A stretch of DNA of 64,000 bases, from positions 128,001-192,000 of the forward strand of contig OZ244937.1 of NCBI GenBank assembly GCA_965222075.1, read 5' to 3'. The first letter of the stretch is position 1; each line of letters begins with the position of its first letter. This document shows, piece by piece, positions 46,464-56,482 of the stretch. The DNA comes from Candidatus Latescibacterota bacterium (lineage in GTDB: Bacteria > Latescibacterota > UBA2968 > GCA-2709665). The translations under genes were made by a program, and so were the position numbers. The notes beneath the pieces were generated by a model. It did not search any database and was not told where the DNA came from. It saw only the letters and a program-made list of their open reading frames with translations.

Positions 46464-47483
46464 ATGACCTATCTCGCCTGCGTATCCGTTCACGGGGAAA
46501 ACAAGATTTCGACATTCAGAATAGACCCTGAAACCGGGGCGCTCCAAAACCGGACCGAAGTCCCACTCGACGCCGCCCCCGGGTCACTCGTTTTCGGCCC
46601 CGAACGAAGTGTCCTCTATGCCGTTATCCGGCAGCCACACCTCCAGATCCTCAGCCTGCGAATCGATCCAGACGGAGGGGGGTTTTCGCCCGTCGGCACG
46701 GTATCCCTCGAGGCGAATCCCTGTTACGTAACCTTGGATCAGACGCGCCGCTTTTTGTTCTCCGCCTACTACTTCGACGGTCTGGTCGCGGTACATCCCA
46801 TCGACGAAAATGGGGCAGCCGGCGGCCCGCCCGTCGAATGGCGCTCTACGGCCGTGAAGGCCCACTGCTTCCGGACCGACCCGTCCAACCGGTATGCCTT
46901 TGTCCCCCACACCGGCGAGTCCAACTTCATTGCTCAGTTCAAATTCGATGGGGAAACAGGCGCCTTGACTCCCAACGACCCCCCCAGGGTCGAAGCCGAT
47001 GAGGGCGCCGGTCCCCGCCACTTCCTCTTCCACCCTGACAAGGATGTCGTCTATTTCTCCAACGAGCAGGGGGGCAGCGTCACAGCCTACCGATTCGATC
47101 CGTCCGCCGGGACGCTCGCGGCCTTCCAGACCGTTTCGACCCTGCCCGAAGGCTTTACCGAACATAACCACTGTGCCCAGATCAACATCACGCCCTCCGG
47201 GAGGTTCCTCTACGTCTCCAATCGGGGCCACGACAGCATCGCCTGCTTTGCGATCGACGGTGACACCGGTGAGCTAACCGCTCTCGGGCAGCAGCCCACG
47301 GAGCAGAGGCCGAGGGCGTTCACCGTCGATCCGACCGGGAATTTTCTGCTCGCCGCCGGCCAGGAATCCGGGAGACTGGCCTCCTACCGAATCGATGCTG
47401 AAACCGGCAAGCTCGAGCCCTTGAAGATTTACGACATCGGCGACAATCCGGCCTGGGTGCTCGCTCTCGCCTTGCCGGAATAG
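46464..47483 (+). CDS. 6-phosphogluconolactonase-like lactonase (7-bladed propeller)
   Basis: KAHCFRTDP, GAGPRHFLFHP, SNE, FLYVSNRGHDSIA, PRAFTVDPTG. Confidence 0.9.
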   Translation: MTYLACVSVHGENKISTFRIDPETGALQNRTEVPLDAAPGSLVFGPERSVLYAVIRQPHLQILSLRIDPDGGGFSPVGTVSLEANPCYVTLDQTRRFLFSAYYFDGLVAVHPIDENGAAGGPPVEWRSTAVKAHCFRTDPSNRYAFVPHTGESNFIAQFKFDGETGALTPNDPPRVEADEGAGPRHFLFHPDKDVVYFSNEQGGSVTAYRFDPSAGTLAAFQTVSTLPEGFTEHNHCAQINITPSGRFLYVSNRGHDSIACFAIDGDTGELTALGQQPTEQRPRAFTVDPTGNFLLAAGQESGRLASYRIDAETGKLEPLKIYDIGDNPAWVLALALPE

Positions 47484-47523
47484 ACATCGCGGCACCCTGC
47501 GCACATCAAGTGGAGAAAAGCAA

Positions 47524-48441
47524 ATGGAGTCAGAGGATTGGCGGGGGATCTTCACGATTCCCCAATCCGTATTCCACGATGACGGAAGGTTCGACGAGGC
47601 CGGGCTGGAGGCCGAGCTTGAATTCTGCCTCGGGGCGGGGGCACACGGCATCGTCTGGCCGGTCATGGCCAGCCGGTTCGCCATCCTCTCTCACCAGGAG
47701 CGGAAACGGACCGCCGAGATCGTCATCCGGAAGGTAGGCGGAAGTGCCCCAGTCGTCATCGGCGTGGCCACGGTCTGGTCTGAGTCTTCGGTCGACCTGG
47801 CCCGCCACGCCGAAACGGAAGGCGCGGACGCCATCATCTCTCTCCCGCCCTGGGAGGTGAAACCGACACGAGAGCAGGCCTTCGATTACTACCGCGCCCT
47901 CTCCGAGGCCGTCACGATCCCGATCTTCATCCAGAACGCCGGGGGGAAGTTTGGGATGGCGCTCCCGGCTGAGCACGTGGCTCGGATGGTCCGGGAGCTC
48001 GACGGTGTGGACTACGTCAAGCAGGAGATCGCGCCCTTCGGCCAGCACATCACGCAGGTCATCGACGCCTGCGGAGACTCGGTCAAAGGCGTGTTTGGAG
48101 GCGCCAACGGCAGACACATCGTCGACGAGTTCAACCGGGGTGCGGTCGGCAACATGCCGGCTTGCGCGATCACCGACGTCCTCGTCGAGCTCTACAAGCG
48201 ATATGCGCGTGGAGACGAGCCCGGTGCTCGGGAGGTCTACCACGCAATCATGCCTTACCTCAATTTCCTCAGACTGTTCGGCATGGGGCTCATCCTGGAG
48301 GTCCTCCGACGCAGGGGGGTGGTCCGGTCCACGTCGCCCCGGATCGGGAAATTCGAGCAGCTTGATGCCAATGACCACCGTGAGCTGGATCTCATCCTTG
48401 AGGGGCTCCGTCCTTATTTCCGGCTCCAACCCCCTGCTTGA
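47524..48441 (+). CDS. Dihydrodipicolinate synthase (DapA/NAL)-family aldolase/dehydratase
   Basis: F.DDG.FD; GAHGIV; PVVIGV; GADAIISLPP; IPIFIQN; Schiff-base Lys in YVKQE. Confidence 0.85.
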   Translation: MESEDWRGIFTIPQSVFHDDGRFDEAGLEAELEFCLGAGAHGIVWPVMASRFAILSHQERKRTAEIVIRKVGGSAPVVIGVATVWSESSVDLARHAETEGADAIISLPPWEVKPTREQAFDYYRALSEAVTIPIFIQNAGGKFGMALPAEHVARMVRELDGVDYVKQEIAPFGQHITQVIDACGDSVKGVFGGANGRHIVDEFNRGAVGNMPACAITDVLVELYKRYARGDEPGAREVYHAIMPYLNFLRLFGMGLILEVLRRRGVVRSTSPRIGKFEQLDANDHRELDLILEGLRPYFRLQPPA

Positions 48442-48479
48442 CTGGGCGCCGGTCTAGGGACAGGATTGAGGACTCGACC

Positions 48480-49966
48480 ATGAATACCATTTCAAATCCA
48501 TACGAAAGAATCGGTGTGCGCAGCTTCATCAACTGCTGCGACACCCGAACGGTCCACAGCGGCACGCTGATCCTCCCCGAAGTGGCAGATGCGATGGTGG
48601 CCGCCTCCAAGCATTTCGTGAACATGGAAGAACTAAAGGCGTGAGCAGGCGGCTCGCGGAACTCACAGGCGCAGAGTGGGGAATCGTAACCGCGGGGGCC
48701 GCGGCCTCCCTCTTTCAGGCCACGGCGGCCTCCATAGCCGGCGCCGACCCGGAGTTGATGATTCGCCTGCCGAATACGGAAGGCCTCAAAGACCGGGTCA
48801 TCACGTGGAAGGGAGGGCGATACACCTTCGACCACGCGGTCCGAATGGCCGGTGCCCGGATTGTGGAGGTGGAGACCCGTGAGGAATTGATCGCCGCCCT
48901 GGATGAGCGGGCCGCGATGTTCCTCATCCGGGCGAGCCAGGAGAAGCAGGGACCGCTCTGCCTTGAAGAGATCGCAGAAATCACGCGTCCCCGGGGGATC
49001 CCCATCACCATCGATGGCGCGGGCCATCACCTCGTCTTGCCCAACCCCTACCTGACCCGGGGCGCCACGATGATCGCCTACAGCGGCGGAAAGTACTTCC
49101 GGGGGCCGCAGTGCACCGGATTGCTCTTGGGCGACAAGAAATGGATCCGTGCCGCCTGGCGAAACGCCTCCCCGCATCACACCCTCGGGCGGGCGATCAA
49201 GGTCGGGAAAGAGGAGATCGTGGGGCTCCTGGCCGCGGTGGAACACTGGGCGGCCGTGCGGGACCCGGAGGCGGAGCTTCGGCAGTGGGAGGCCGACCTG
49301 GCCACGATTGCGGACGAAATCGGCAAGGTGCCGACTGTGGAGACCGAAGTTATCCAGGCGGGGGTGCCTTTCATGCCCGTGCCCCGGCTCAGAGTCCGTT
49401 GGGACGGCAACCGGATCGGGCTGACCGGCCTGGAGCTCCGGGAGCGTCTCCTGGAAGGAGAACCCCGAATCATGCTCGACGACCGCAGGGCCACCGACTC
49501 CTCCCTGTTCATCCTGCCCTATTCGTTGCAGCCTGGCCAGGCCTCCGCCGTGGCCTCCCGGCTCCGGGAGGCGCTGGCGAACGCCCCGATGCGCAGCCTA
49601 AGCAAACCCGACCCCCCTGCCGTTAAAATCACCGGTGTGTGGCAGATGGACGTCGAATTCGTCAAGGGGACCTCGGCCCACGAGGTCGTCCTGGAGCAGC
49701 AGAGAGGCGAACTGACCGGGCTCCACCGCACCCGGTTCCTGGAGAATCCCCTCTCCGGCAGCGTGAGGGGAAACGAGGTCACGTTTAGAAGCTGGCAGCC
49801 GCTCGAAGGCATCAATCTCTCGTATTGCTTCACGGGTACGGTAGATGGAGATACCATGGAGGGCCTCGTGGAACTCGGGAATTCCAGTTCTTCCACCCCG
49901 GGACCGCTCAACCAGCAGGAGTTTGGCCACGCACGATGGCAGGCCAGACGAAAGGACGGGACCTGA
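48480..49966 (+). pseudogene. SelA-like/DgaE-like PLP-dependent enzyme split by a frameshift (48480-48644 plus 48641-49966)
   Basis: The N-fragment MNTISNPYERIGVRSFINC...PEVADAMVAASKHFVNMEEL continues in another frame as VSRRLAELTGAEWGIVTAGAAA. PLP-Lys motif YSGGKYFRGPQ.TG; RAIKVGKEEIVG. Confidence 0.75.
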
Positions 49967-51414
49967 TGAACATCCTTCACATCCAGAGCGATCGGCACAA
50001 CGCGGAGTTCGCCGGCTGCTACGGTAACCCCATCACCCGCACACCCCACATCGACAGCATCGCGGAGCGGGGAACGCGGTTCGACAGCGCCTATTGCCTC
50101 ACCCCCCTCTGCTCACCCACCCGGGCCGGTGTCGTGTCCGGACGGTATCCACACGAGATCGGCTCCTGGTCCATCTCCTTTCCCTACACCGGGGTCCCTC
50201 GCGGATGGGCACATTACTTTTCCCATCAGGGCGTCCACGTCACAACGATTGGGAAGGTGGACTTTCATCCCGATTCCGATCACGGCATCGCGGACACGCG
50301 TCTGGTTCAGCACCGTGACTCGCCCGAGCCTCTCTCTCTGTTTCGAGAGCAGGAGATCCAGCCGCGATATGGCTATTTGGACAGGCTCCGGGCCAGCGGC
50401 CCGGCCGACTCGCCTTTCGCCAGCGACGCCCGGGTGGCCGAGGAAGCGGTCCACTGGTTCACAGAAGCGAGGCCGACCGACCGGCCCTGGTTCCTCAGCG
50501 TCAACTTCCTCAAACCCCTCCCCTCCTGGACACCGCCCAGAGAGTTGTGGGACTACTATGACCCCCTGGTCCGACTCGAGGACCTCGATGAAAGGTATAC
50601 GGAAGACCTGTCCAACCTCCACCCTTTCAATCAAACGTTCGTCAAACACGTCTGCGGCGACCTGATGCGCCCAGAAGATCTACGGCGGGCCCACGTCGGG
50701 ATACACGGCACTTGCGAATCGATGGATGGACACGTGGGCCTCGTTCTGGGCGCGCTGGAGCAAGCAGGTCTGCCGGACGAGACCCTCGTCGTCTACACCT
50801 CCGACCACGGCGGGGCCTGCGGGGAACACAGAGACTGGGGCATTGGATCGATGTACGAAGGCTCCATCCGTGTGCCCCTCGTCGTGGCCGGATCCGGCCT
50901 CCGATCAGGCCGCGTCGAGACCGCACCGGTCTCCCACCACGACCTGTTCCAGACCTTTTGCGATGCCCTGGATCTGGAGCACCCGGTCCATATGAGAGGC
51001 ACCCCGCTCTGGGACCTCCTCCAGGGCAAGAAAGATGCCCCGAAACCGGCATTCACCCTGTCCGAGTACCACGCCGCCGGGTTCCCGTCCAGCATCTTCG
51101 CCATCCGCTCCGGGCACGACAAATATGTCGAGAACGTCGGAGAACGTCCCTCGCTCTTCGACCTGGAGCAGGATCCCCTCGAGATGCACGACCTGGCCCT
51201 CGAGCGACCGGAGGACCCCGACGTCAAGGCCACGATCCGTCGACTCAGAATGATGCTCTGCCAGGTCTGCTCTCCGGAGGCGGTGGATGCCCGGGCCAAG
51301 GCGGACCAGAGAAGACTCCGCAGGGAATTGACGGATAGGGGGGAGATTGTCGACATGATGTGGAGAGCGGGATACGAACGGAATCCGGAACGGCTGATTC
51401 CGCGCAAGGAATGA
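49966..51414 (+). CDS. Sulfatase-family hydrolase 2
   Basis: ATG 49966 overlaps the upstream TGA; NILHIQSDRHN; CSPTR; TSDHG. Confidence 0.9.
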   Translation: MNILHIQSDRHNAEFAGCYGNPITRTPHIDSIAERGTRFDSAYCLTPLCSPTRAGVVSGRYPHEIGSWSISFPYTGVPRGWAHYFSHQGVHVTTIGKVDFHPDSDHGIADTRLVQHRDSPEPLSLFREQEIQPRYGYLDRLRASGPADSPFASDARVAEEAVHWFTEARPTDRPWFLSVNFLKPLPSWTPPRELWDYYDPLVRLEDLDERYTEDLSNLHPFNQTFVKHVCGDLMRPEDLRRAHVGIHGTCESMDGHVGLVLGALEQAGLPDETLVVYTSDHGGACGEHRDWGIGSMYEGSIRVPLVVAGSGLRSGRVETAPVSHHDLFQTFCDALDLEHPVHMRGTPLWDLLQGKKDAPKPAFTLSEYHAAGFPSSIFAIRSGHDKYVENVGERPSLFDLEQDPLEMHDLALERPEDPDVKATIRRLRMMLCQVCSPEAVDARAKADQRRLRRELTDRGEIVDMMWRAGYERNPERLIPRKE

Positions 51415-51562
51415 TCGTTCCAACAGGAAGAGTTCGGCTCGACTGAGGAAGGATGAATCGCGGCCCTTGAAAAGAAAGCCGTATCGGCACTTCTTGCTAT
51501 GGCCTGTCTGAATCTAACTTCAGTCACGATCAAGCCGATCGGTGATTCAATGGGAGGCATAA

Positions 51563-52420
51563 ATGGACGAATATGAAAAGTACCTCTTCGACCTCAACGG
51601 CTATCTGGTCCTGGAAGATGTCCTGACCCCCGAGGAGGTCGCAGCTTGCAACGAAGCGATCGACCAGAATCAGGACCGCGTCCAGAGGCGCCCCTCGGAC
51701 CGAGCCAGGTCAAGAGGCTCGGAGGCCCTCCAGGGCAAAGTTCGAGGGGATCTCCTGGGGATGCTCGTCTGGCCCAAGCCCTGGTGCCAACCGTTCCGTG
51801 ACCTCCTCTCCCATCCCAGGATCATGGCCTGCTTGCTCGAGTTGATTGGAGAAGGCTTCCGCCTGGACCACCTCTACGGAATCGTCATGGACAAAGGTAC
51901 CGAAGGGCACAGGCTGCACGGGGCCAAAGCCAACAGCTTTTTTAACTTCTACGGATTCATCAACGGCCGGATCCGCTGTGGGGTCGTCGTCGTCTCCTGG
52001 GTGCTCACCGACTGTGGCCCCGGAACCGGCGGGTTCATGGTCATCCCGGGGAGTCACAAATCCAACTTTCCGCTGCCCCGCGATCTGGACCGGCTGCAAA
52101 GCGAGCTGGGCTTGGCCAGGCAGGTGGAGGCGAAGGCCGGATCGGTCATCATCTTCCCCGAGGCCCTCGCCCACGGCGCGCTCCCGTGGAGGGCCGACCA
52201 CCAGCGTCGTTCGATGCTCTACAAATACGCACCCGGCCCCCTGGTGCACAATGCCCCTGACGCATTCGAGGATCCAGGATACACCACCGACACGAAGAGC
52301 TACCGACCGGAAGGCGTCGAAGAGGTGATGGACGAATTCACCCCGCTGCAGCGGGCGCTCCTCGAACCCCCCTACTACCCGAAGCGACCCAGCATCTCGG
52401 AATATCTCGCAAATGGGTAA
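51563..52420 (+). CDS. PhyH-like Fe(II)/2OG enzyme, RLDH...HxA subfamily (copy 2)
   Basis: MDEYEKYLFDLNGY; FRLDHLYG; RLHGA; PGSHK; EALAHGALPW. Confidence 0.85.
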   Translation: MDEYEKYLFDLNGYLVLEDVLTPEEVAACNEAIDQNQDRVQRRPSDRARSRGSEALQGKVRGDLLGMLVWPKPWCQPFRDLLSHPRIMACLLELIGEGFRLDHLYGIVMDKGTEGHRLHGAKANSFFNFYGFINGRIRCGVVVVSWVLTDCGPGTGGFMVIPGSHKSNFPLPRDLDRLQSELGLARQVEAKAGSVIIFPEALAHGALPWRADHQRRSMLYKYAPGPLVHNAPDAFEDPGYTTDTKSYRPEGVEEVMDEFTPLQRALLEPPYYPKRPSISEYLANG

Positions 52421-52443
52421 GAAACCAACAGAGAGACGAATCG

Positions 52444-53907
52444 ATGAACGTCCTCTTCATTCTGAGCGATCGGCACAACCCGGAGTTCACAGGCTGCTAC
52501 GGCAACCCGATCACCCGGACGCCGCACATCGACAGCATCGCTGAACGGGGCACACGGTTTGAAGGCGCCTATTGCATCAGTCCCCTCTGTGGGCCCACTC
52601 GCGCGGCTATTATCTCCGGACGATACCCGCACGAAATCGGCGCATGGTCCAACGGCTTTCTCTACACCGGAATCCCGAAGGGATGGGGTCACTATTTCAA
52701 GGAACAGGGCGTTCACACGACGACCATCGGCAAGGTGGACTTTCATCAGGAGGCGGATCACGGCATCGCCGACACCCGTCTGGTCAGGCATCGCGACAGG
52801 CCGGATATCCACGGTTTATATCGAGAGGATGAGATCGTTCGCCGGTACACGCTCCTTCACCGAATCCGCTCCATCGGTCCCGCCGATTCACCCGATCCCT
52901 ACGCGGACGATGACGAGGTGGCGAACGAGGCCGTTCGCTGGCTCACGGAGGAGATCCCGTGCGATCGACCCTGGATCCTCAACGTCAATTTCCTCAGGCC
53001 CCTTCCCCCCTGGACTCCACCCAAGGACCTGTGGGACCACTATGACGAGCGGGTCCGGCTTGAAGACCTGGACGAAAGATATTTCGAGGATCCGACCCGG
53101 CTTCATCCTTATAACCAGACCTTCGTCCGGCACCTCTGCGGGGACCTGATCCGCCCAGAGGAACTGCGGCGTGCCCACGTGGGCATGCACGGCACCTGTG
53201 AAGCGATGGATCATAACGTTGGCCGCGTGCTGCGTGCCCTTGAGCAGTCAGGCCACACGGATGAGACACTCGTCGTCTACACTTCGGACCACGGCGGGGG
53301 CTGCGGCGAGCACCTGGACTGGGACGTCGGCGGTATGTACGAGGCCTCGATTCGGGTCCCCTTCGTCATCGCCGGCCCGGGGGTAAAGTCGGGGGCGGTC
53401 GAGTCGAACCCGGTCTCCCATCACGACCTGTTCCAGACCTTTTGCAAGGCGCTGGATCTTGAGCCTCCGGTTCATACCAGAGGCGATTCCCTCTGGGGCC
53501 TCCTTCAGGACGAAAAGGGAGCCACGAAACCTGCCTTCACCCTCACCCAATTCCACGCGGGCGGGTTTCCGGCCAGCACATTCGTAGTCCGTTCGGGAAG
53601 CTACAAATATGTCGAATGTGTAGGTGAGCGTCCGCTCCTGTTCGACCTGGCGCGAGACCCTCTGGAAATGCACGACCTCGTCGTGGAACAACCTGAAAGT
53701 GTCCAGGTGAAGGCCACGATCCGGCGCCTGCGCGGCCTGCTCTGCGGGGTCTGTTCTCCAGAGGCGGTGGATGCCAGGGCCAGGGCAGACCAGCGAAGGC
53801 TTCGGCGAGAACTCACCGAAAACGGCCAGCTGGCCGAGATGATCTGGAAAGCCGGCTATGAGCGGAACCCGGATCGGCTGATCCCCCGTCAGGACCTCAT
53901 TCCGTAA
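52444..53907 (+). CDS. Sulfatase-family hydrolase 3
   Basis: NVLFILSDRHN; CGPTR; TSDHG. Confidence 0.9.
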   Translation: MNVLFILSDRHNPEFTGCYGNPITRTPHIDSIAERGTRFEGAYCISPLCGPTRAAIISGRYPHEIGAWSNGFLYTGIPKGWGHYFKEQGVHTTTIGKVDFHQEADHGIADTRLVRHRDRPDIHGLYREDEIVRRYTLLHRIRSIGPADSPDPYADDDEVANEAVRWLTEEIPCDRPWILNVNFLRPLPPWTPPKDLWDHYDERVRLEDLDERYFEDPTRLHPYNQTFVRHLCGDLIRPEELRRAHVGMHGTCEAMDHNVGRVLRALEQSGHTDETLVVYTSDHGGGCGEHLDWDVGGMYEASIRVPFVIAGPGVKSGAVESNPVSHHDLFQTFCKALDLEPPVHTRGDSLWGLLQDEKGATKPAFTLTQFHAGGFPASTFVVRSGSYKYVECVGERPLLFDLARDPLEMHDLVVEQPESVQVKATIRRLRGLLCGVCSPEAVDARARADQRRLRRELTENGQLAEMIWKAGYERNPDRLIPRQDLIP

Positions 53908-54077
53908 GAGCTCCTTCGTTTTCCCTTTTCGTTCTATGCCGGGGAAAACGGCCGACACTTCGGTTGCGGCATCATAAACGCCGAAGCCTATCGTTGCAAC
54001 TTTTGCTGTAAACGTTCTCTCCACTGCGAGGGAAATCCGATCATCCAGACCGACCAGCCACAGCCAGGGGACCAGAA

Positions 54078-54920
54078 ATGGATGAATACGAGAAATACCT
54101 CTTCGATCTGAACGGATACCTGATTCTGGAAGACGTACTCTCCTCCGAAGAGGTGGCCGCCTGCAACGAGGCCATCGACAGCAACGTGGACACCTCTGGA
54201 AGAAAGCAAGATCTGAGCTATTTCACGGGGATGCTCGTCTGGCCGGAGCCGGCCTGCAGCCTCTTCAGGGAGATCATGGCCTTTCCAAAGGTGATCTCCT
54301 GCCTCCTCGAACTGCACGGCGACGCCTTCCGCCTGGACCACATCTATGGGATCCTCGTGCCCCGGGGCGCGGGCGGCCTGATCCACAGCGGCGGCCATCT
54401 CCGTCACCAGCCCGCCTGCTATTACGGTTTCCACAACGGCCGGATCTGCTCTGGCGTCACAGTCGTCACCTGGCTGCTCACCGATTGCCGCCCCGGGGAC
54501 GGAGGGTTCGGATGGATTCCGTGCAGCCACAAATCCAACTACACGCTTGCCAAAGACGTGGCCAGCCACGAAAAAGACCTCGGGGTGATCAAACAGGTGG
54601 AGGCGAAGGCCGGGTCGGTCGTGATCTTCCCCCACGCGCTTACCCACGGCACCCTCCCCTGGGTGCCGGACCACGACCTCCGGAGCATACGCTGCAAGTA
54701 CTCCCCCGGCCCGATGACCCACCACCCTCCCGACTCCAGTAAGCATCCCACGGTGGTCGCGGACACGCGAAATTATCTGCCCCACGACATCGAGAAGGTC
54801 ATGGACGACCTCACGCCTCTCCAGCGGGCGCTGCTCGAGCCTCCTTATCATCCCAACAGGCCCAACATAAAAGAACACTTCGAGCGCCAGTCCGCAAATG
54901 GGCAGAGGGAGATTCCGTGA
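54078..54920 (+). CDS. PhyH-like Fe(II)/2OG enzyme, RLDH...HxG subfamily (copy 3)
   Basis: MDEYEKYLFDLNGY; FRLDHIYG; LIHSG; PCSHK; HALTHGTLPW. Confidence 0.85.
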   Translation: MDEYEKYLFDLNGYLILEDVLSSEEVAACNEAIDSNVDTSGRKQDLSYFTGMLVWPEPACSLFREIMAFPKVISCLLELHGDAFRLDHIYGILVPRGAGGLIHSGGHLRHQPACYYGFHNGRICSGVTVVTWLLTDCRPGDGGFGWIPCSHKSNYTLAKDVASHEKDLGVIKQVEAKAGSVVIFPHALTHGTLPWVPDHDLRSIRCKYSPGPMTHHPPDSSKHPTVVADTRNYLPHDIEKVMDDLTPLQRALLEPPYHPNRPNIKEHFERQSANGQREIP

Positions 54921-56404
54921 ATATCGTCTACATCCTGAGCGATCGACACAACGCGGAATTCGCCGGCTGTTATGGGAGCCCGATCACCCGAACTCCGCAC
55001 ATCGACAGCATCGCAGAACGCGGCACGCGGTTCGAACACGCCTACTGCATCAGTCCCCTCTGCACCCCTTCCCGGGCAGCCCTGTTTTCCGGGCGATACG
55101 TACACGAAATCGGCACCTGGGACTGTGCCTTTCCCTACACCGGAACCCCGCGCGGGTGGAGCCATTTTTTCGCCGAGCAGGGCGTGGATCTCGTCACCAT
55201 CGGCAAGCTCGATTTCCATCCTGATCCCGACTACCGCATCGCGGATGCCCGTCTCGCCTCCTACCGCGAGAACCTCAACGTCTTCTCCCTGTTTCGGGAG
55301 CAGGACATGCCGCCCCGCTACCTGCTCATCCACCGACTGCGCGCCAGCGGTCCCTCCGATACCCCTCAGCCCTTTGAGGAAGACGACAGGGTGGCTGAGG
55401 ATGCGGTCCGCTGGCTCACCGAGGAGGCGCCGACGGACAGGTCCTGGATCCTGAACGTCAATTTCCTCAAACCGCTTCCCGTGTGGACGCCCCCCGGAGA
55501 GTTGTGGGACTACTATGACCCCCTGGTCCGACTCGAGGACCTCGACGAGCGGTACCGGGAAGACCCCTCCCGACTCCATCTTTACCACAGGGCATTCATC
55601 CGGCACACCTGCGGTGACTTGATGCGCCCCGAGGATCTGCGGCGGGCCCACGTCGGGATACACGGCACCTGCGAGGCCGTGGATCGGAATGTCGGCCTCG
55701 TGCTGCACGCCCTCGAGCAGTCGGGCCTCGCGGATGAGACCCTCGTTGTCTACACCTCCGACCACGGGGGATGCGCTGGGGACCACGGGGACTGGTGCAT
55801 CGGGTCGATGTACGAAGGTTCCATCCGCGTGCCCCTCGTCGTGGCCGGACCCGGCCTCCGATCGGGCCGCGTCGAGACCGCACCGGTCTCCCACCACGAC
55901 CTGTTCCAGACCTTTTGCGATGCCCTGGACCTGGAGCACCCGGTCCATATGAGAGGTACCTCGCTCTGGGACCTCCTCCAGGGCAAGAAGGATGCCTCGA
56001 AACCGGCATTCACTCTGTCCGAGTACCACGCCGCCGGGTTTCCGTCCAGTATCTTCGCTATCCGTTCGGGGCACGACAAATATGTTGAGAACGTGGGAGA
56101 ACGTCCCTCGCTCTTCGACCTGGAGCAGGATCCCCTCGAGATGCACGACCTGGTCCTCGAGCGACCGGAGGACCCCGACGTCAAGGCCACGATCCGTCGA
56201 CTCAGAATGATGCTCTGCGAGGTCTGCTCTCCCGAGGCGGTGGACGCACGCGCCAAGGCGGACCAAAGAAGGCTCCGCAGAAAATTGACCGATAACGGTC
56301 GGATGGTCCAGGCGATGTGGAGGCTCGGTTTTCAGAAGAATCCTGAATATCTGATCCCCCGGGAGGAATTAAAGCCTGAGGATGGTCAAGAACCAACTCC
56401 CTGA
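54917..56404 (+). CDS. Sulfatase-family hydrolase 4
   Basis: GTG start overlapping the upstream TGA; NIVYILSDRHN; CTPSR; TSDHG. Confidence 0.9.
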   Translation: MNIVYILSDRHNAEFAGCYGSPITRTPHIDSIAERGTRFEHAYCISPLCTPSRAALFSGRYVHEIGTWDCAFPYTGTPRGWSHFFAEQGVDLVTIGKLDFHPDPDYRIADARLASYRENLNVFSLFREQDMPPRYLLIHRLRASGPSDTPQPFEEDDRVAEDAVRWLTEEAPTDRSWILNVNFLKPLPVWTPPGELWDYYDPLVRLEDLDERYREDPSRLHLYHRAFIRHTCGDLMRPEDLRRAHVGIHGTCEAVDRNVGLVLHALEQSGLADETLVVYTSDHGGCAGDHGDWCIGSMYEGSIRVPLVVAGPGLRSGRVETAPVSHHDLFQTFCDALDLEHPVHMRGTSLWDLLQGKKDASKPAFTLSEYHAAGFPSSIFAIRSGHDKYVENVGERPSLFDLEQDPLEMHDLVLERPEDPDVKATIRRLRMMLCEVCSPEAVDARAKADQRRLRRKLTDNGRMVQAMWRLGFQKNPEYLIPREELKPEDGQEPTP

Positions 56405-56482
56405 AGGCCTGCTCTTCCTGACCGGGTGCTCCGAGGCTCTACCCATAAATGAGACGCGGACTACAGAGCACGGAATCAAGAG

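Noticed and set aside
48480-49966. Selenocysteine synthase selA or UGA read-through
   Set aside because: The break is a frameshift, not an in-frame UGA; no selB/selC/selD nearby; the context is catabolic.
49966-56404. Near-identical repeats as a diversity-generating retroelement
   Set aside because: No reverse transcriptase, and the differences are not adenine-specific.
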